A stretch of 64,000 bases of DNA from assembly GCA_963841435.1 (NCBI GenBank), contig CAWJCS010000001.1:358597-422596 (forward strand), in the 5' to 3' direction. Below, one piece after another: positions 18,982-28,852 of the stretch (position 1 is the stretch's first letter; each line of letters opens with the position of its first letter). The position numbers were made by a program, and so were the translations under genes. Below the pieces are notes generated by a model. It saw only the letters and a program-made list of their open reading frames with translations, was not told the origin of the DNA and ran no database searches. This DNA comes from an uncultured delta proteobacterium. Its GTDB lineage: Bacteria; Myxococcota_A; Polyangia; Polyangiales; Polyangiaceae.

Positions 18982-20577
18982 TCAGGGCCGGATGCTGGCT
19001 CGCCCCGTGATGCGTCGGAGCTGGAGCACCTTGAGCACGGTCGCGAAGAGCTCGGCGCAGGTTTCGTAGAAGTTCCCGTCACGGGAGCTGGCGGGGAGGA
19101 CGGCGATGCCGAGCCACTCCGCGCCGCAGGTGAGCGGCATCACGAACGCGGAGCGGCCGCGCAGGTGGTCGAAGGCGCGTGGCATGAGCAGGTGCGCGTC
19201 GAACTTTTCGAGCCGTGGCTCGAAGGTTTGGCGATTGAAGCCGAAGGCGAGCTTGAGCTCGCGCGGGGGGGCGTCGTCGTTGGAGCCGGCGGATAGCTCG
19301 GAGACGGCGCATTCGTCGATGCCGAAGTGGGGCAGGTATTCCGCGATCGTCGCCGAGAGCTGCACCTGCGGTCCGAACATGCGCGTGTGCAGGAGGCGAG
19401 CGAGGCGGCTCAGGCGCTCGTGGATGAGGTCATCGCGCGACAGGCGCACGCGCGTTGCGATCTCGTCGGCCAGGCGTCGGCCCGCGTGCAGCTCGCCGCT
19501 GCCGTCGGACACGACCGCGCGAAGCAACGGCTCCAGGGCTCGGGCGAAAACCCCGGGGTGTCCCTCGACCTCGGCCGCGAGCGCGGCGAGCACGGTGTGC
19601 CCCGAAACCCGGTGAACGCCCTTGGGCGACCCAACGAGCTCGACCGAGGCCGCGAGCGGACCCGGACTGAGCGTTGGGACGCAGCCGCACGAGCGGCGCA
19701 GCACGAGCTCGGTGGGGATCGTCATCGCGCCTTCGACCTCGAGCCCTTCGAGCTTGTCGAGCAGGCGGCGAGCGCCTTCACGACCGAGCTCCTCGAGCGG
19801 CTGGCGCACCGTCGTGAGCGGTGGATCGTAGACGCGGGCGACGGCGATGTCGTCGAAGCCGACGACGGCGACCTCTTCGGGCACGCCGATGCGACGCCGC
19901 ACGAGCTCCTCGATGGCGCCGAACGCCATGTAGTCGTTCGAGGCCACGATGGCGTCGATGTCCTTGACCGAGACCTGCCGCGTGTCGAACAGGTGCTCGA
20001 TGGCGCGCGCGCCGCTTTCCGCCGTGAAGTCGCCCTCGAGCACCAGCCTGGGATCTTCGGCGATGCCGTGCTCGATGAGCGCTCGCTGGTACGCGGCGAA
20101 GCGCCGCTGCGTCTCGACGTTCGGCCGGCTGCCGAGGATGAACGCGATGCGCCGATGGCCGTGCTGCTCGATGAGGTGCCGCATGAGCTCGGTGACGCCG
20201 CTCGCGTCATCGATGACCACCGTGGGCAACCGTTCGGCGGGACCGATGACGGAGACGGGGAGCTTTCGTTCCTCGAGCCACGCCTCCGTGGCCGCGACCC
20301 CCGCGTACTGCCCGACGACACTCGAGAGGCACAGCATGGCGTCCACGTTCGATGGGTCCAGAAGCTCGAAGACCTTGCTCCTCACGCGGCGCTCGGCGTT
20401 CGGGTCCCCGATGCCGTCCCCCGTGAAGCTCTGAACGGTGCCACCGCGCTCCTCCACCGCTGCTCTCACGCCGCGCCAGATGTCCCACTCATAGGCGTTG
20501 TTCATGTACGCCGCGAGGAACGCGATCCGGGGTGAAGCGCCGGCCCCCGTTCCTTTCCGTGCTGACCCTGGCGACAT
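18982..20577 (-). CDS. LacI/periplasmic-binding-type sensor domain protein without HTH
   Basis: HLIEQHGHRRIAFI.G, R..AYQRAL, DAIVASNDYMAFG, VPEEVAVVGFDD, PPLTTVRQP, TELVLRRSCGC; GAGGAG RBS before ATG at 20577. Confidence 0.85.
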   Translation of the reverse strand: MSPGSARKGTGAGASPRIAFLAAYMNNAYEWDIWRGVRAAVEERGGTVQSFTGDGIGDPNAERRVRSKVFELLDPSNVDAMLCLSSVVGQYAGVAATEAWLEERKLPVSVIGPAERLPTVVIDDASGVTELMRHLIEQHGHRRIAFILGSRPNVETQRRFAAYQRALIEHGIAEDPRLVLEGDFTAESGARAIEHLFDTRQVSVKDIDAIVASNDYMAFGAIEELVRRRIGVPEEVAVVGFDDIAVARVYDPPLTTVRQPLEELGREGARRLLDKLEGLEVEGAMTIPTELVLRRSCGCVPTLSPGPLAASVELVGSPKGVHRVSGHTVLAALAAEVEGHPGVFARALEPLLRAVVSDGSGELHAGRRLADEIATRVRLSRDDLIHERLSRLARLLHTRMFGPQVQLSATIAEYLPHFGIDECAVSELSAGSNDDAPPRELKLAFGFNRQTFEPRLEKFDAHLLMPRAFDHLRGRSAFVMPLTCGAEWLGIAVLPASSRDGNFYETCAELFATVLKVLQLRRITGRASIRP

Positions 20578-20670
20578 CTCCTCAAAATACCCGAGTCCCA
20601 AGCGCGACACCATCGCTCCCGGATGGCGCGGTGCTCCGTGCGGAGTTGTGGTGTTAAACGGACCGGAGGT

Positions 20671-21121
20671 GATGGTGGTGATGGGAGCGATAGTGAGGCT
20701 ATCGAGGCGAAGCGTGGCGTGCCGCGCGGTGTATGCGGCGCCGGAGCTCGGGGCCTGCCCCGATGCGTTGAGCGGAATGGCGTGCCCGTACGCTTTTTCC
20801 TGCACGAGCGGGACGAGCGAGGTCACCTATCATTGCGACGGCACCTGGTCCGTCAACGACGCGAGCTGCGCGTACAACGCCGATGTTTGCACGGAGGGTG
20901 ACGCGCGGCTCACCTGTCTCGACGGCAACTGGAAGCCGGGCGGGTTCTCCGACATCGGCGTCTGCCCCGCGGAGCGACCGGAGGGTGAGCCGTGCGGGGG
21001 CTCGAGCTTCATCACGGAGCCGCCGTGCGGGTACGGGTGCGACGACGGGACGACGTGGACGGTTGCCGAGTGCGACTACGCGTCACGCACTTGGCACCTG
21101 GACGGTGCCTGCCCGAACTGA
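20671..21121 (+). CDS. Small Cys/Trp-rich hypothetical protein (start uncertain)
   Basis: Repeated C-x-G-x-W motifs (CDGTW, CLDGNW, CDY...W); the 5' part may be frameshifted. Confidence 0.5.
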
Positions 21122-21186
21122 GCAAGGCTCGAGGCGCTCGCTCACCTGGCCTGACGAAAGAGCGACCATGCGACTTGGGCCGCGGC

Positions 21187-21396
21187 TCAATGCTGTGACT
21201 GGCAGATGAGGCAACCCGCGCCCGTGCAGCCGGTGCGCTCGACGCAACTGCCGAGCTTGCCGGGTGCAATCTCGCAGGTCTGACCGAAGCGCTCGCAGTG
21301 CGTGGCCTCGGTGGAGGGCGCCGCATGATCAGTCTTGCCGGGGCACGCCGTGACGAGCAGGAGCGAGAGCAGCATGGGCCAGCGTCCGGGCGTCAC
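21187..21396 (-). CDS. Small Cys-rich lipoprotein
   Basis: LLLVTAC lipobox; CERFGQTCEIAPGKLGSCV..C....CLICQSQH (6 further Cys). Confidence 0.65.
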   Translation of the reverse strand: MTPGRWPMLLSLLLVTACPGKTDHAAPSTEATHCERFGQTCEIAPGKLGSCVERTGCTGAGCLICQSQH

Positions 21397-21502
21397 GGCT
21401 CCGCTCTACTCCTGGAGCGGGAATCGCGCCACGAGGCGATTCGGTGCCTGGAGCGCGAAGGGGCTTCCCCGCGGCGAGCACCGGAGGGAAGATTGCGGAA
21501 CC

Positions 21503-22537
21503 ATGACACGCTACGACAACATCACCGAGACCATTGGCAAGACGCCGATCGTTCGACTCCATGCGCTCGCGCCGGCCGGCATCGAGCTCTACGTGAAGAT
21601 AGAAGCTGCCAATCCTGGCGGCTCGGTCAAGGATCGCCTCGCGCTCGGCGTGATCGAGGCGGCCGAGAAAGCTGGCGAGCTCAAGCCCGGGCAGACCGTC
21701 GTGGAAGCCACGAGCGGCAACACCGGTATCGGGCTCGCCGTCGTGTGCGCTCAGCGCGGCTATCCGCTCGTCATCGTGATGGCCGAGAGCTTCAGTGTCG
21801 AGCGCCGACGCGTCATGCGACACCTGGGTGCCAAGGTGGTGTTGACGCCGGCCGCGCAGCGCGCGAACGGGATGATGAAAAAGACGCTCGAGCTCGCGAA
21901 GAAGAACGGCTGGTTCTGGCCGCGTCAGTTCGACAACGAAGCCAATGCCGACATGCACACGCGCACGACGGCACGCGAGATCATGGCCGACTTTCCCGAG
22001 GGCCTCGACTACTGGGTGACGGGCTCGGGCACGGGCGGCACGTTGAAGGGCGTTTCTCGCGTGTTGAAGAAGGAATCGCCGAAGACCAAGATCGTGCTCT
22101 GCGAGCCCGACAACGCGCGGCTCTTCGCCACCAAGGAGCGTTTTCCCTGGCCCGCGGACGGCGCGACCATGGACACGCACCCGGCCTTCAATTCGCACCC
22201 CATCCAGGGTTGGACGCCGGACTTCGTGCCGAAGCTCGCCGAGGACGCGCGGCCCAACGTGGACGAGCTGGTGTTCGTGACGGGCGCCGACGGCATCGCG
22301 AGGTCGCGCGACCTTGCGCAGAAGGAGGGCATCTTCGTGGGCATCTCCGCCGGTGCGACGCTCGCGGGTGCGCTTCAAGTGGCGTCACGCGCTTCGTCGG
22401 GAAGTCGCATCTTGTGTATGTTGCCCGACACGGGCGAGCGCTATCTCTCGACGCCGCTCTTCGCCGATATCGCAACGGACATGAACGAGGAGGAGCTGGC
22501 GATATCGCGGTCGACTCCGACCGCTCAGCTCGGCTGA
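21503..22537 (+). CDS. cysK: Cysteine synthase (PLP-dependent)
   Basis: IGKTPIVRL, NPGGSVKDR, EATSGNTGIGLA, GSGTGGT, HPIQGW, EGIFVGISAGA, PDTGERYLSTPLF. Confidence 0.93.
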   Translation: MTRYDNITETIGKTPIVRLHALAPAGIELYVKIEAANPGGSVKDRLALGVIEAAEKAGELKPGQTVVEATSGNTGIGLAVVCAQRGYPLVIVMAESFSVERRRVMRHLGAKVVLTPAAQRANGMMKKTLELAKKNGWFWPRQFDNEANADMHTRTTAREIMADFPEGLDYWVTGSGTGGTLKGVSRVLKKESPKTKIVLCEPDNARLFATKERFPWPADGATMDTHPAFNSHPIQGWTPDFVPKLAEDARPNVDELVFVTGADGIARSRDLAQKEGIFVGISAGATLAGALQVASRASSGSRILCMLPDTGERYLSTPLFADIATDMNEEELAISRSTPTAQLG

Positions 22538-22595
22538 CGCGGCGTCCGCGGCGCGTCGGCGCGCGGCGGCGGGGCCGCATGCCGGCGAAACGGCG

Positions 22596-23756
22596 TCAGC
22601 GCCCGGGGCGCGGAGCGGCGTTCTTGGCGACGCGCTCGCTCGCGCTGCTGCGCGTGACCGAGACGTTGTATTCGATGCTCTCGACCTGGAAGCGGGCGTA
22701 GACGAAGCGCGCACCCTGCTCGTCGGTCCATACCGCGTCCGCCTGGGACACGGCGCGGCGGCCGCCGAAGGTGCCGTGAGCGCTCACGGGCGTCAACCAG
22801 CGCCGGCGCTCGTAGTGCTTGCCGTCCGCCGATAGGAAGCGATCGTCGGAGACGAAGTCGGCGAGGTCGCCGGCGGCGTCGAACACGAGCTCGGCGCGAA
22901 TGGTGTGGCCCGCGTTCGTGAAGGTGCCGCGCAGCCGGTGCGCGTCGAGCGGCTGCCACTTCACGTCCACGCCGAGAAGGCTCGACGGCGCGAACAGGCA
23001 CATGTCGTTGAACAGGGTGACGGTCTCGCTCTGATTCATCTCGGGCCCGCTCGCGTTCACGATATCGAACAGCGAAGCCACGCGGACCTGCATGGTGGCG
23101 GTCCCCCCGACGTAGCGGTGATACGCGGCGAAGGGCAGGCCGTTCACCGACGCACGCATCAGGAAGAGCCGAGCTCTGGGCGCGTAGAACTCGTACTGCT
23201 CGGCGCTCGCCTCCATGAACGCCGCGTCGGGGCTTCGCTTCATCGACGCCGAGAAGCGCGCGTGAAAGTCGCGCACCAAAGGACGGCCGACCGCTCCCGT
23301 CCTTTTGAGGTAGGTCGCGAGCAGCGCGGGGAGCGGGGCGAGGTCCGCGTCGGTCAGCACCGCTTCGCTCACGGGCCGCGCGAGGCCCAGCGCAGCGTCG
23401 GCCTCGTAGCGCGAACCGAAGCTGTTCGGGCGAAGCTCCAGCAGCGCGAGCGCGAGCGGTAGGGCGAGCACGAGGTTCGCGAGCGTGCCGAATTTCGCAT
23501 CGTGCCACGAGCTGATGATGGCGACCTGGGACAGCACGAGCGCGGGAGCGGCGACGAGCACGAAACGCTCGCTGTCGAGCGCCACCGTGACGGCAGTCGC
23601 CAGCATGGCGGCGGCCGCCAGAGCCCACACGACGCCCATGGAGCGCGCGATCGGTCGCGTCAGCCCGGCAAGCTCGGCGAGTCCGAAGGCCTTGAGCGGC
23701 CCGAGCAGGTGCACGAGCCCGTGAACGGCGAGCAGCACGACGAATGCGATCTTCAC
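22596..23756 (-). CDS. Membrane-anchored DUF6544-like protein
   Basis: N-terminal TM helices (VHGLVHLLG, W.DAKFGT.AN); DLAPLP..L.TYL..G.VG.P, QY, ETVTLFNDMCLFAPS, FVSDDR. Confidence 0.72.
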   Translation of the reverse strand: MKIAFVVLLAVHGLVHLLGPLKAFGLAELAGLTRPIARSMGVVWALAAAAMLATAVTVALDSERFVLVAAPALVLSQVAIISSWHDAKFGTLANLVLALPLALALLELRPNSFGSRYEADAALGLARPVSEAVLTDADLAPLPALLATYLKRTGAVGRPLVRDFHARFSASMKRSPDAAFMEASAEQYEFYAPRARLFLMRASVNGLPFAAYHRYVGGTATMQVRVASLFDIVNASGPEMNQSETVTLFNDMCLFAPSSLLGVDVKWQPLDAHRLRGTFTNAGHTIRAELVFDAAGDLADFVSDDRFLSADGKHYERRRWLTPVSAHGTFGGRRAVSQADAVWTDEQGARFVYARFQVESIEYNVSVTRSSASERVAKNAAPRPGR

Positions 23757-23995
23757 GGGCAGGGTCCTTGGGGCGTCGTGTCTGCAAGGCGTGCGCCAGG
23801 CGTCGCGGCAGCTCCTTTCTGCCCGCTCGAGCCAAGCCCTCGTGGAAGCAACCGCAAGGACTGCCGCGTTTCGGCCCCGCTGCCGCAACGGGTGCGCGCC
23901 ATGCGGCCCGCCCGCCGACCGCTGGGCCCCCGACACCGGGAAGACGCCGCGCGCGTTGACCGAGCCTTCGAGTTCACTATCATGGCGCGACCAGT

Positions 23996-24331
23996 ATGGC
24001 GGAGGGCAGCGAAACCAACGAACTTCCCGAGGATCTCCGTGCGTTCGCCGAAGAGCGCGTGAAAGAGGGTGAGTACGAGAGCATTGCGCACGTGACGCGC
24101 GCCGCTTTCGACTTGCTGATGCGTCGCCACGAAGACGCCGCCGCGGACGCCGAGGCCGAGGCGTCGGCCGCCACCACCCCCGAGGATCTCGGCGAGGTGT
24201 TTCGCGAGATGGAGGAGGCGATCACGGTCGATCTCCCCGACGACGCGAACGAAGCGGATGACGCGGAGCCCGTCGAACCGACCGACGACGAAGTCGTCGA
24301 AGCCGCTCCACCGACCGAAGTCCGCCGCTGA
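23996..24331 (+). CDS. ParD-like ribbon-helix-helix protein with acidic tail
   Basis: LPEDLRAFAEERVKEGEYESIAHVTRAAFDLL resembles the ParD/CC2985-type L...L..FV...V..G.Y.S.SEV.R.AL.LL pattern. Confidence 0.6.
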   Translation: MAEGSETNELPEDLRAFAEERVKEGEYESIAHVTRAAFDLLMRRHEDAAADAEAEASAATTPEDLGEVFREMEEAITVDLPDDANEADDAEPVEPTDDEVVEAAPPTEVRR

Positions 24332-24428
24332 CGCCGCGCGTTCGCGCGAGCTTGCCGGGCTTCGCGTGACCTGCAAAGCACCGCTATTGAGCGGGAGAAC
24401 GAAGGATGGCATGGTCGCCGTTCGTGTG

Positions 24429-25469
24429 ATGGGGCCCAGAAGCGTCGTGGTCTGCTTGTGTTGCCTGCTGCCGGCGCGTCTGGCGCTCGCGCAGACGGAC
24501 ACGGTCGCGGCCGAGTCGCTCTTCCAGCAGGGTCGCTCGCTGCTCGAGGCCCGCAAGTTCGACGAGGCCTGCCCGAAGCTCAAGGAGAGCCTGCGCCTCG
24601 ATCCGGCGACCGGCACGCTGCTCGCGCTCGCGCTCTGTCACGAGGCCCAGGGCAAGCTTGCCTCCGCCTGGGCGGAGTTCACCGATGCGGCCGGGCGCGC
24701 GCGCGGCGAGGGCCGCAAGGATCGCGAGGACGTCGCGAACCAGCACGCGAACGCGCTCTATCCGCGTCTCTCGGCCTTGACGATCGAGGTAGCTCCGGAC
24801 GCGGCGGCCATCCCGGGCCTCGAGGTGCGGCGCGACGGCGTGCTACTCGGCCGCGGCGCGTGGGGCTCGAGCGTTCCCATCGACGGCGGCGAGCACGTCG
24901 TCGACGTCACGGCGCCGGGCATGCAGCCCTGGCAAGGCAAGCTCAGCGTGCAAAAGGAGAGGGAGCCCGCGCGGCTCGCGGTGCCGGCGCTGGTCCCGGT
25001 GCCCGCCTCCGCGCCGGTCGTTGCGGTGGCGCCGGTGGCCGAGCCGATCGTTGCCGCGCCGGTCGCTCCGTCGGCCTCGGCGCCGCCACCCGAGCGCGAT
25101 CGCGGTGGCTCTGGCTTTAGCACCTTGCAATGGGCGGGCGCGGGGACGGCGCTCGCGGGTGCCGCGACGGCGGGGGTTGGCGGCTATTTTCTGCTGGCGG
25201 CGCTCGACAGCAAGTCCGCGTCGAAGGACCACTGCGACCCCGCCAACTACTGCGACGACAAGGGCTTTACGGCGCGAGATACCGCCGTGTTCCGCGGCAA
25301 CGTCGCGACCGTGCTCTCGATCGCGGGCGGCGTGCTCGTCGCCGGCGGTGTCACGCTGTTCTTCGTCGGGCGCTCGTCGTCGCACGCGGCGGCGGCCGGA
25401 CAGCCGCTCGCGCTCGGTGTGGCGTTCGCTCCCGACGGGGCTGCGGCTCGCCTTCAAGGCGCGTTCTGA
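24429..25469 (+). CDS. TPR + PEGA-like domain envelope protein (paralog of 6040..7077)
   Basis: AESLFQQGR..EACPKL.ES.RLDPATGT..LA.C; PIDGGEHVVDVTAPG; hydrophobic hairpin; C-terminal ...LQGAF. Confidence 0.8.
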   Translation: MGPRSVVVCLCCLLPARLALAQTDTVAAESLFQQGRSLLEARKFDEACPKLKESLRLDPATGTLLALALCHEAQGKLASAWAEFTDAAGRARGEGRKDREDVANQHANALYPRLSALTIEVAPDAAAIPGLEVRRDGVLLGRGAWGSSVPIDGGEHVVDVTAPGMQPWQGKLSVQKEREPARLAVPALVPVPASAPVVAVAPVAEPIVAAPVAPSASAPPPERDRGGSGFSTLQWAGAGTALAGAATAGVGGYFLLAALDSKSASKDHCDPANYCDDKGFTARDTAVFRGNVATVLSIAGGVLVAGGVTLFFVGRSSSHAAAAGQPLALGVAFAPDGAAARLQGAF

Positions 25470-25484
25470 CTCGAGGCATGCACG

Positions 25485-27101
25485 ATGCCCCGCTCCTTCC
25501 GTTTCGACACGCCGCTGGCCGTCCTGGCCGTTTGCACGGCGTGCAACGCGATCTTCGACATCCAGCCCGGCAAGCACATCGAGAACAAGGAGGACGGCGG
25601 GAGCGCCGGCGTCGGGGAAAGTGGTGGCACGAGCGGCGAGTCGGGCGCGCCCGGCACGGGGGGCTCGGACAGCGGCGGCAGTGCTGGACGCGGTGGCGCC
25701 AGCGCCACGGGTGGCAGCGATTCCGGCGGTAGCTCCGCGACCGGTGGCAGCTCCGCGACCGGTGGTAGCTCCGCGACGGGGGGCACGGGCGGCACGAGCG
25801 GCACGTCCGGAGCGGGCGGGAGCAGCGGGGCGCAGCCGGTTTGCGCCTGCACGCCCGCCACCGTGTCGGCCGATCCGGATCTGATCGAGAATTTCGAAAC
25901 GGGTGGAGAGGGCTCGTTTTACGCCTTGGCCGACAACCGCGGCAGCACGCAGACCGTCGGCCTCGACTGCAACGACGACGGCGCCGGCTGCTACGCGCTC
26001 TGTGTCGACGGCAACCTGAACGGGGCGGCGTATCCGTTCGGCGGCGTGGGCGTCCGGCTCGATCCGAACGACACATTCGACCTTTCCGGCTATTCCGGCC
26101 TGAGCTTCGACGTCAAAGGCCACCCTCCACCGCACGCGGTTCTCAGGCTCGAGGTCACGACGGTCACGACGGCCGACGGTAACGCCGGCGGCACGTGCGT
26201 CCCCGCTAACGGGCTCGAGTGCAACGACAACTACAAGGTCGAAGTCCCGCTCACCGACGCGTTCGAGACGTTCGAGGTGAAATTTGCGAACCTCGGGCAG
26301 GGCGACGGGATGAACCCCTGGTCGGTCCCCTGGGGGGTACCGGCGCCCTGGACGCCGGGGCAGGTGCTCGCCGTGCACTGGGTTATGGGCTCGACCTGGG
26401 AGACGGTCGACGAGGACTTCGATTTTTGCATCGACAACGTGCGGCTCGTTCCCGCCACGACGCGGCCAATCCTCGAGCGCTATGATTTCGAAATGGGAGG
26501 CTCGGAAAATAAGTTCCAGCTCGCCTGGGAAACCGGCAATCTGAACTTCTCGCAGACGAGCGCGACGAGCGCCGTGGGGATGGGCGCGCTCGGGCTGGAC
26601 TTCACGGGGCCGGGCGGCGAGCCCTGCACTGGAACCCCGACGCCCTGCGGCTCGGCGAGCATCCAGGGGGACTGCGAGGGGATCGAGGGTTGCAGCTGGG
26701 GCGGGACGACTTGCGCGGGCACGGCGACGGCGTGTACCGGCATCGTCAGCAATTGGCGCTGCCAGACGTCGGGCTGCGACTATTCGTACGCTGGCGGGGC
26801 CATTGCCATCGCAAGGCCGACCCTCGAACCGGGCGGCACCATCGGGCTCTGGTTTTCGCTCCCGGGCGGTGACATCTGGGGCCTGAGCGCCTACATCGAC
26901 GACCCTGCGGTGATGCCGCTCCCTGCCCCCTTGCTCGACGTCATCGTCTCGCAAGCGCGGCGCGACGACTGGGTGTACGCCGAGTTTGCCGTACCGGACC
27001 CGTTGCCGACGGGGTTACCCGAGCTCCGTATTCAGCTCACCACTTCTCCACAGTGGTCCGGCACCGCCTACGTCGACGACATCACGATCTACGGAAAATA
27101 G
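25485..27101 (+). CDS. Lipoprotein with galactose-binding/CBM11-like domains
   Basis: CTAC-NAIFDI lipobox, Gly-rich linker; FDLSGYSGLSFDVKG, FEVKFANLGQ, FDFCIDNVRL; C-terminal WSGTAYVDDI. Confidence 0.72.
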   Translation: MPRSFRFDTPLAVLAVCTACNAIFDIQPGKHIENKEDGGSAGVGESGGTSGESGAPGTGGSDSGGSAGRGGASATGGSDSGGSSATGGSSATGGSSATGGTGGTSGTSGAGGSSGAQPVCACTPATVSADPDLIENFETGGEGSFYALADNRGSTQTVGLDCNDDGAGCYALCVDGNLNGAAYPFGGVGVRLDPNDTFDLSGYSGLSFDVKGHPPPHAVLRLEVTTVTTADGNAGGTCVPANGLECNDNYKVEVPLTDAFETFEVKFANLGQGDGMNPWSVPWGVPAPWTPGQVLAVHWVMGSTWETVDEDFDFCIDNVRLVPATTRPILERYDFEMGGSENKFQLAWETGNLNFSQTSATSAVGMGALGLDFTGPGGEPCTGTPTPCGSASIQGDCEGIEGCSWGGTTCAGTATACTGIVSNWRCQTSGCDYSYAGGAIAIARPTLEPGGTIGLWFSLPGGDIWGLSAYIDDPAVMPLPAPLLDVIVSQARRDDWVYAEFAVPDPLPTGLPELRIQLTTSPQWSGTAYVDDITIYGK

Positions 27102-27140
27102 AGCTACTTCCGGCTCTGGCTCGACCGTCTTCGCTTTCGC

Positions 27141-28076
27141 TCAGCGCCGCGCGCGCAAGAGCAGAAGGACGAGCCCCGGCGCGCCGAGCGTCGCCGTGAC
27201 GACGCCGACCGGCAGCTCGCGACCCGGCGAGAGGTTGCGCCCGAGCGCGTCGCAGACCACGAGGAACGCCGCGCCCGAGATCAGCGACAGCGGCAGCAGT
27301 CGCCGGACGTTCGCACCCGCGACGAGCCTGACGAGGTGCGGCACGAGCAGGCCGACGAACGCGATGGGCCCGCACCACGCGACCGATCCTGCAACGGCGA
27401 GGGACCCGAGCAGGAGCACCCAGATGCGGAGGCGCTTCACGTCCACGCCACGGGCGTGCGCGAGGTCCTCGCCGAACGAGAACGTTTCGAGCGCGCGGGA
27501 CAGCGCGAGCAGGCCGAGCCAGCTCGGCAAGAGGATGGGCAGCAAAAGGACGACGCCCGCGTAGCCGACCTGCGGCAGCTGGCCGAGCGACCAGCGCGCG
27601 GCCGCAACGAGCGCGCGGCTGTCCGAGACGTATTGCAGGCCGACCGAGAGAGCGCCCGTGGCGACCGACACGGCGATGCCGGCGAGTAGCACGTCGCTCA
27701 CCTGGGCGCGGCCGCTCGCCGCCACGACCGACACCGCGAGGCTCGCGAGCAGCGCACCGGCGAATGCCGCGGCGAACAGCACGGGAAACGAGCCCGACGA
27801 CACGTCGAACGCAAGCGCAACGAGCGCTCCGAGCGTGGCCCCCGCCGTCGTTCCCACCGTGCTTTCCGTGGCGAGCGCGTTGGAAAACAGCGTCTGGAAG
27901 CTTGCGCCGACGAGCGACAGCGTCCCGCCGACGAGCGCACCCACGAGCACGCGCGGTACGCGAAGCTCCCAAAGAATGAACTCGCCGCGCGCTCCGTCGA
28001 GCGGCGGCCCGAGCAGCACCGCGAGCGCGAGCACGACGAGCGAGAGTGCGGCGATGGCGGCGGCGCGTGCCTTCAC
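27141..28076 (-). CDS. Cobalamin/iron-chelate ABC transporter permease (FecCD/BtuC family)
   Basis: ILWELRVPR, GASFQ.LF.N.LA, WSLG, G.IAFVGLLVPHLVR, ELPVGVVTA.LGAP. Confidence 0.92.
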   Translation of the reverse strand: MKARAAAIAALSLVVLALAVLLGPPLDGARGEFILWELRVPRVLVGALVGGTLSLVGASFQTLFSNALATESTVGTTAGATLGALVALAFDVSSGSFPVLFAAAFAGALLASLAVSVVAASGRAQVSDVLLAGIAVSVATGALSVGLQYVSDSRALVAAARWSLGQLPQVGYAGVVLLLPILLPSWLGLLALSRALETFSFGEDLAHARGVDVKRLRIWVLLLGSLAVAGSVAWCGPIAFVGLLVPHLVRLVAGANVRRLLPLSLISGAAFLVVCDALGRNLSPGRELPVGVVTATLGAPGLVLLLLRARR

Positions 28077-28852
28077 CGTTCGCCTCCAGGCCGCGCCACG
28101 GGCACGACGAACCGCCGGCCCGCCGCGACGATGGCCTGCATGGGAACGTCGAACAGGCGCTCGAGCTCATCGGCGAGATCGGGCGCGTCGAAGCGCGTTT
28201 CGGCGTGGAGCTTGCCGCCCTTCAAGCCGAGCAGGCGCGGGTTCTTGCCGACGTGCGAAAGCAGGTTCACGTCGTGCGTCACGCAGAGCACGCTGATCCC
28301 GCCGTCGGCGAGCGCGCCGATGAGCGCGTAGGTCTCGGCTTGCTGTGCGGGATCGAGATGGCTCGCCGGCTCGTCGAGCAGGACGACGCGCGCCTCCTGC
28401 GAAAGCAGCGCGGCGAGCGCAACGCGCTGACGCTCCCCGCCGGAGAGCTCCGAGAGCAGGCGCTCGGCGAGCGCCAGGGTGCCGGCGCGTTCGAGACAGC
28501 CGAGCGCGGCGCGGCGAGCTTGCTCGCGTGTCTCGGCGAAGCGGTAACGAGCGGCGAGCACCGCCTCGAGCACCGGCACGGGCTCGGGCCGCAGTGGCTC
28601 CTGTGGGAGCCAGCCGACGGCGGCCGCACGGGCCTTCGGCCCGAGCTCGGCAAGCGTGCGCTCGCCGAGCTTCACGCTGCCACCCGTGACCTTCGCGAGG
28701 CCCAGCGCCGCGCGCAGGAGCGTCGTCTTGCCGGCTCCGTTCGGACCGAGCAGCGCGACGAGCTCCCCGGCCTCGAGCTCGAGCGTCACGTGGTCGAGCA
28801 GCGTGCGGCCTCGCGCCCGCACGGTGAGATCGGTGACGGCGAGCGCGCTCAC
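28073..28852 (-). CDS. ABC transporter ATP-binding protein (BtuD/FecE-like)
   Basis: GPNGAGKTT, LSGGERQRV, LLDEPASHLD, VTHDVN. Confidence 0.93.
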   Translation of the reverse strand: MSALAVTDLTVRARGRTLLDHVTLELEAGELVALLGPNGAGKTTLLRAALGLAKVTGGSVKLGERTLAELGPKARAAAVGWLPQEPLRPEPVPVLEAVLAARYRFAETREQARRAALGCLERAGTLALAERLLSELSGGERQRVALAALLSQEARVVLLDEPASHLDPAQQAETYALIGALADGGISVLCVTHDVNLLSHVGKNPRLLGLKGGKLHAETRFDAPDLADELERLFDVPMQAIVAAGRRFVVPVARPGGER

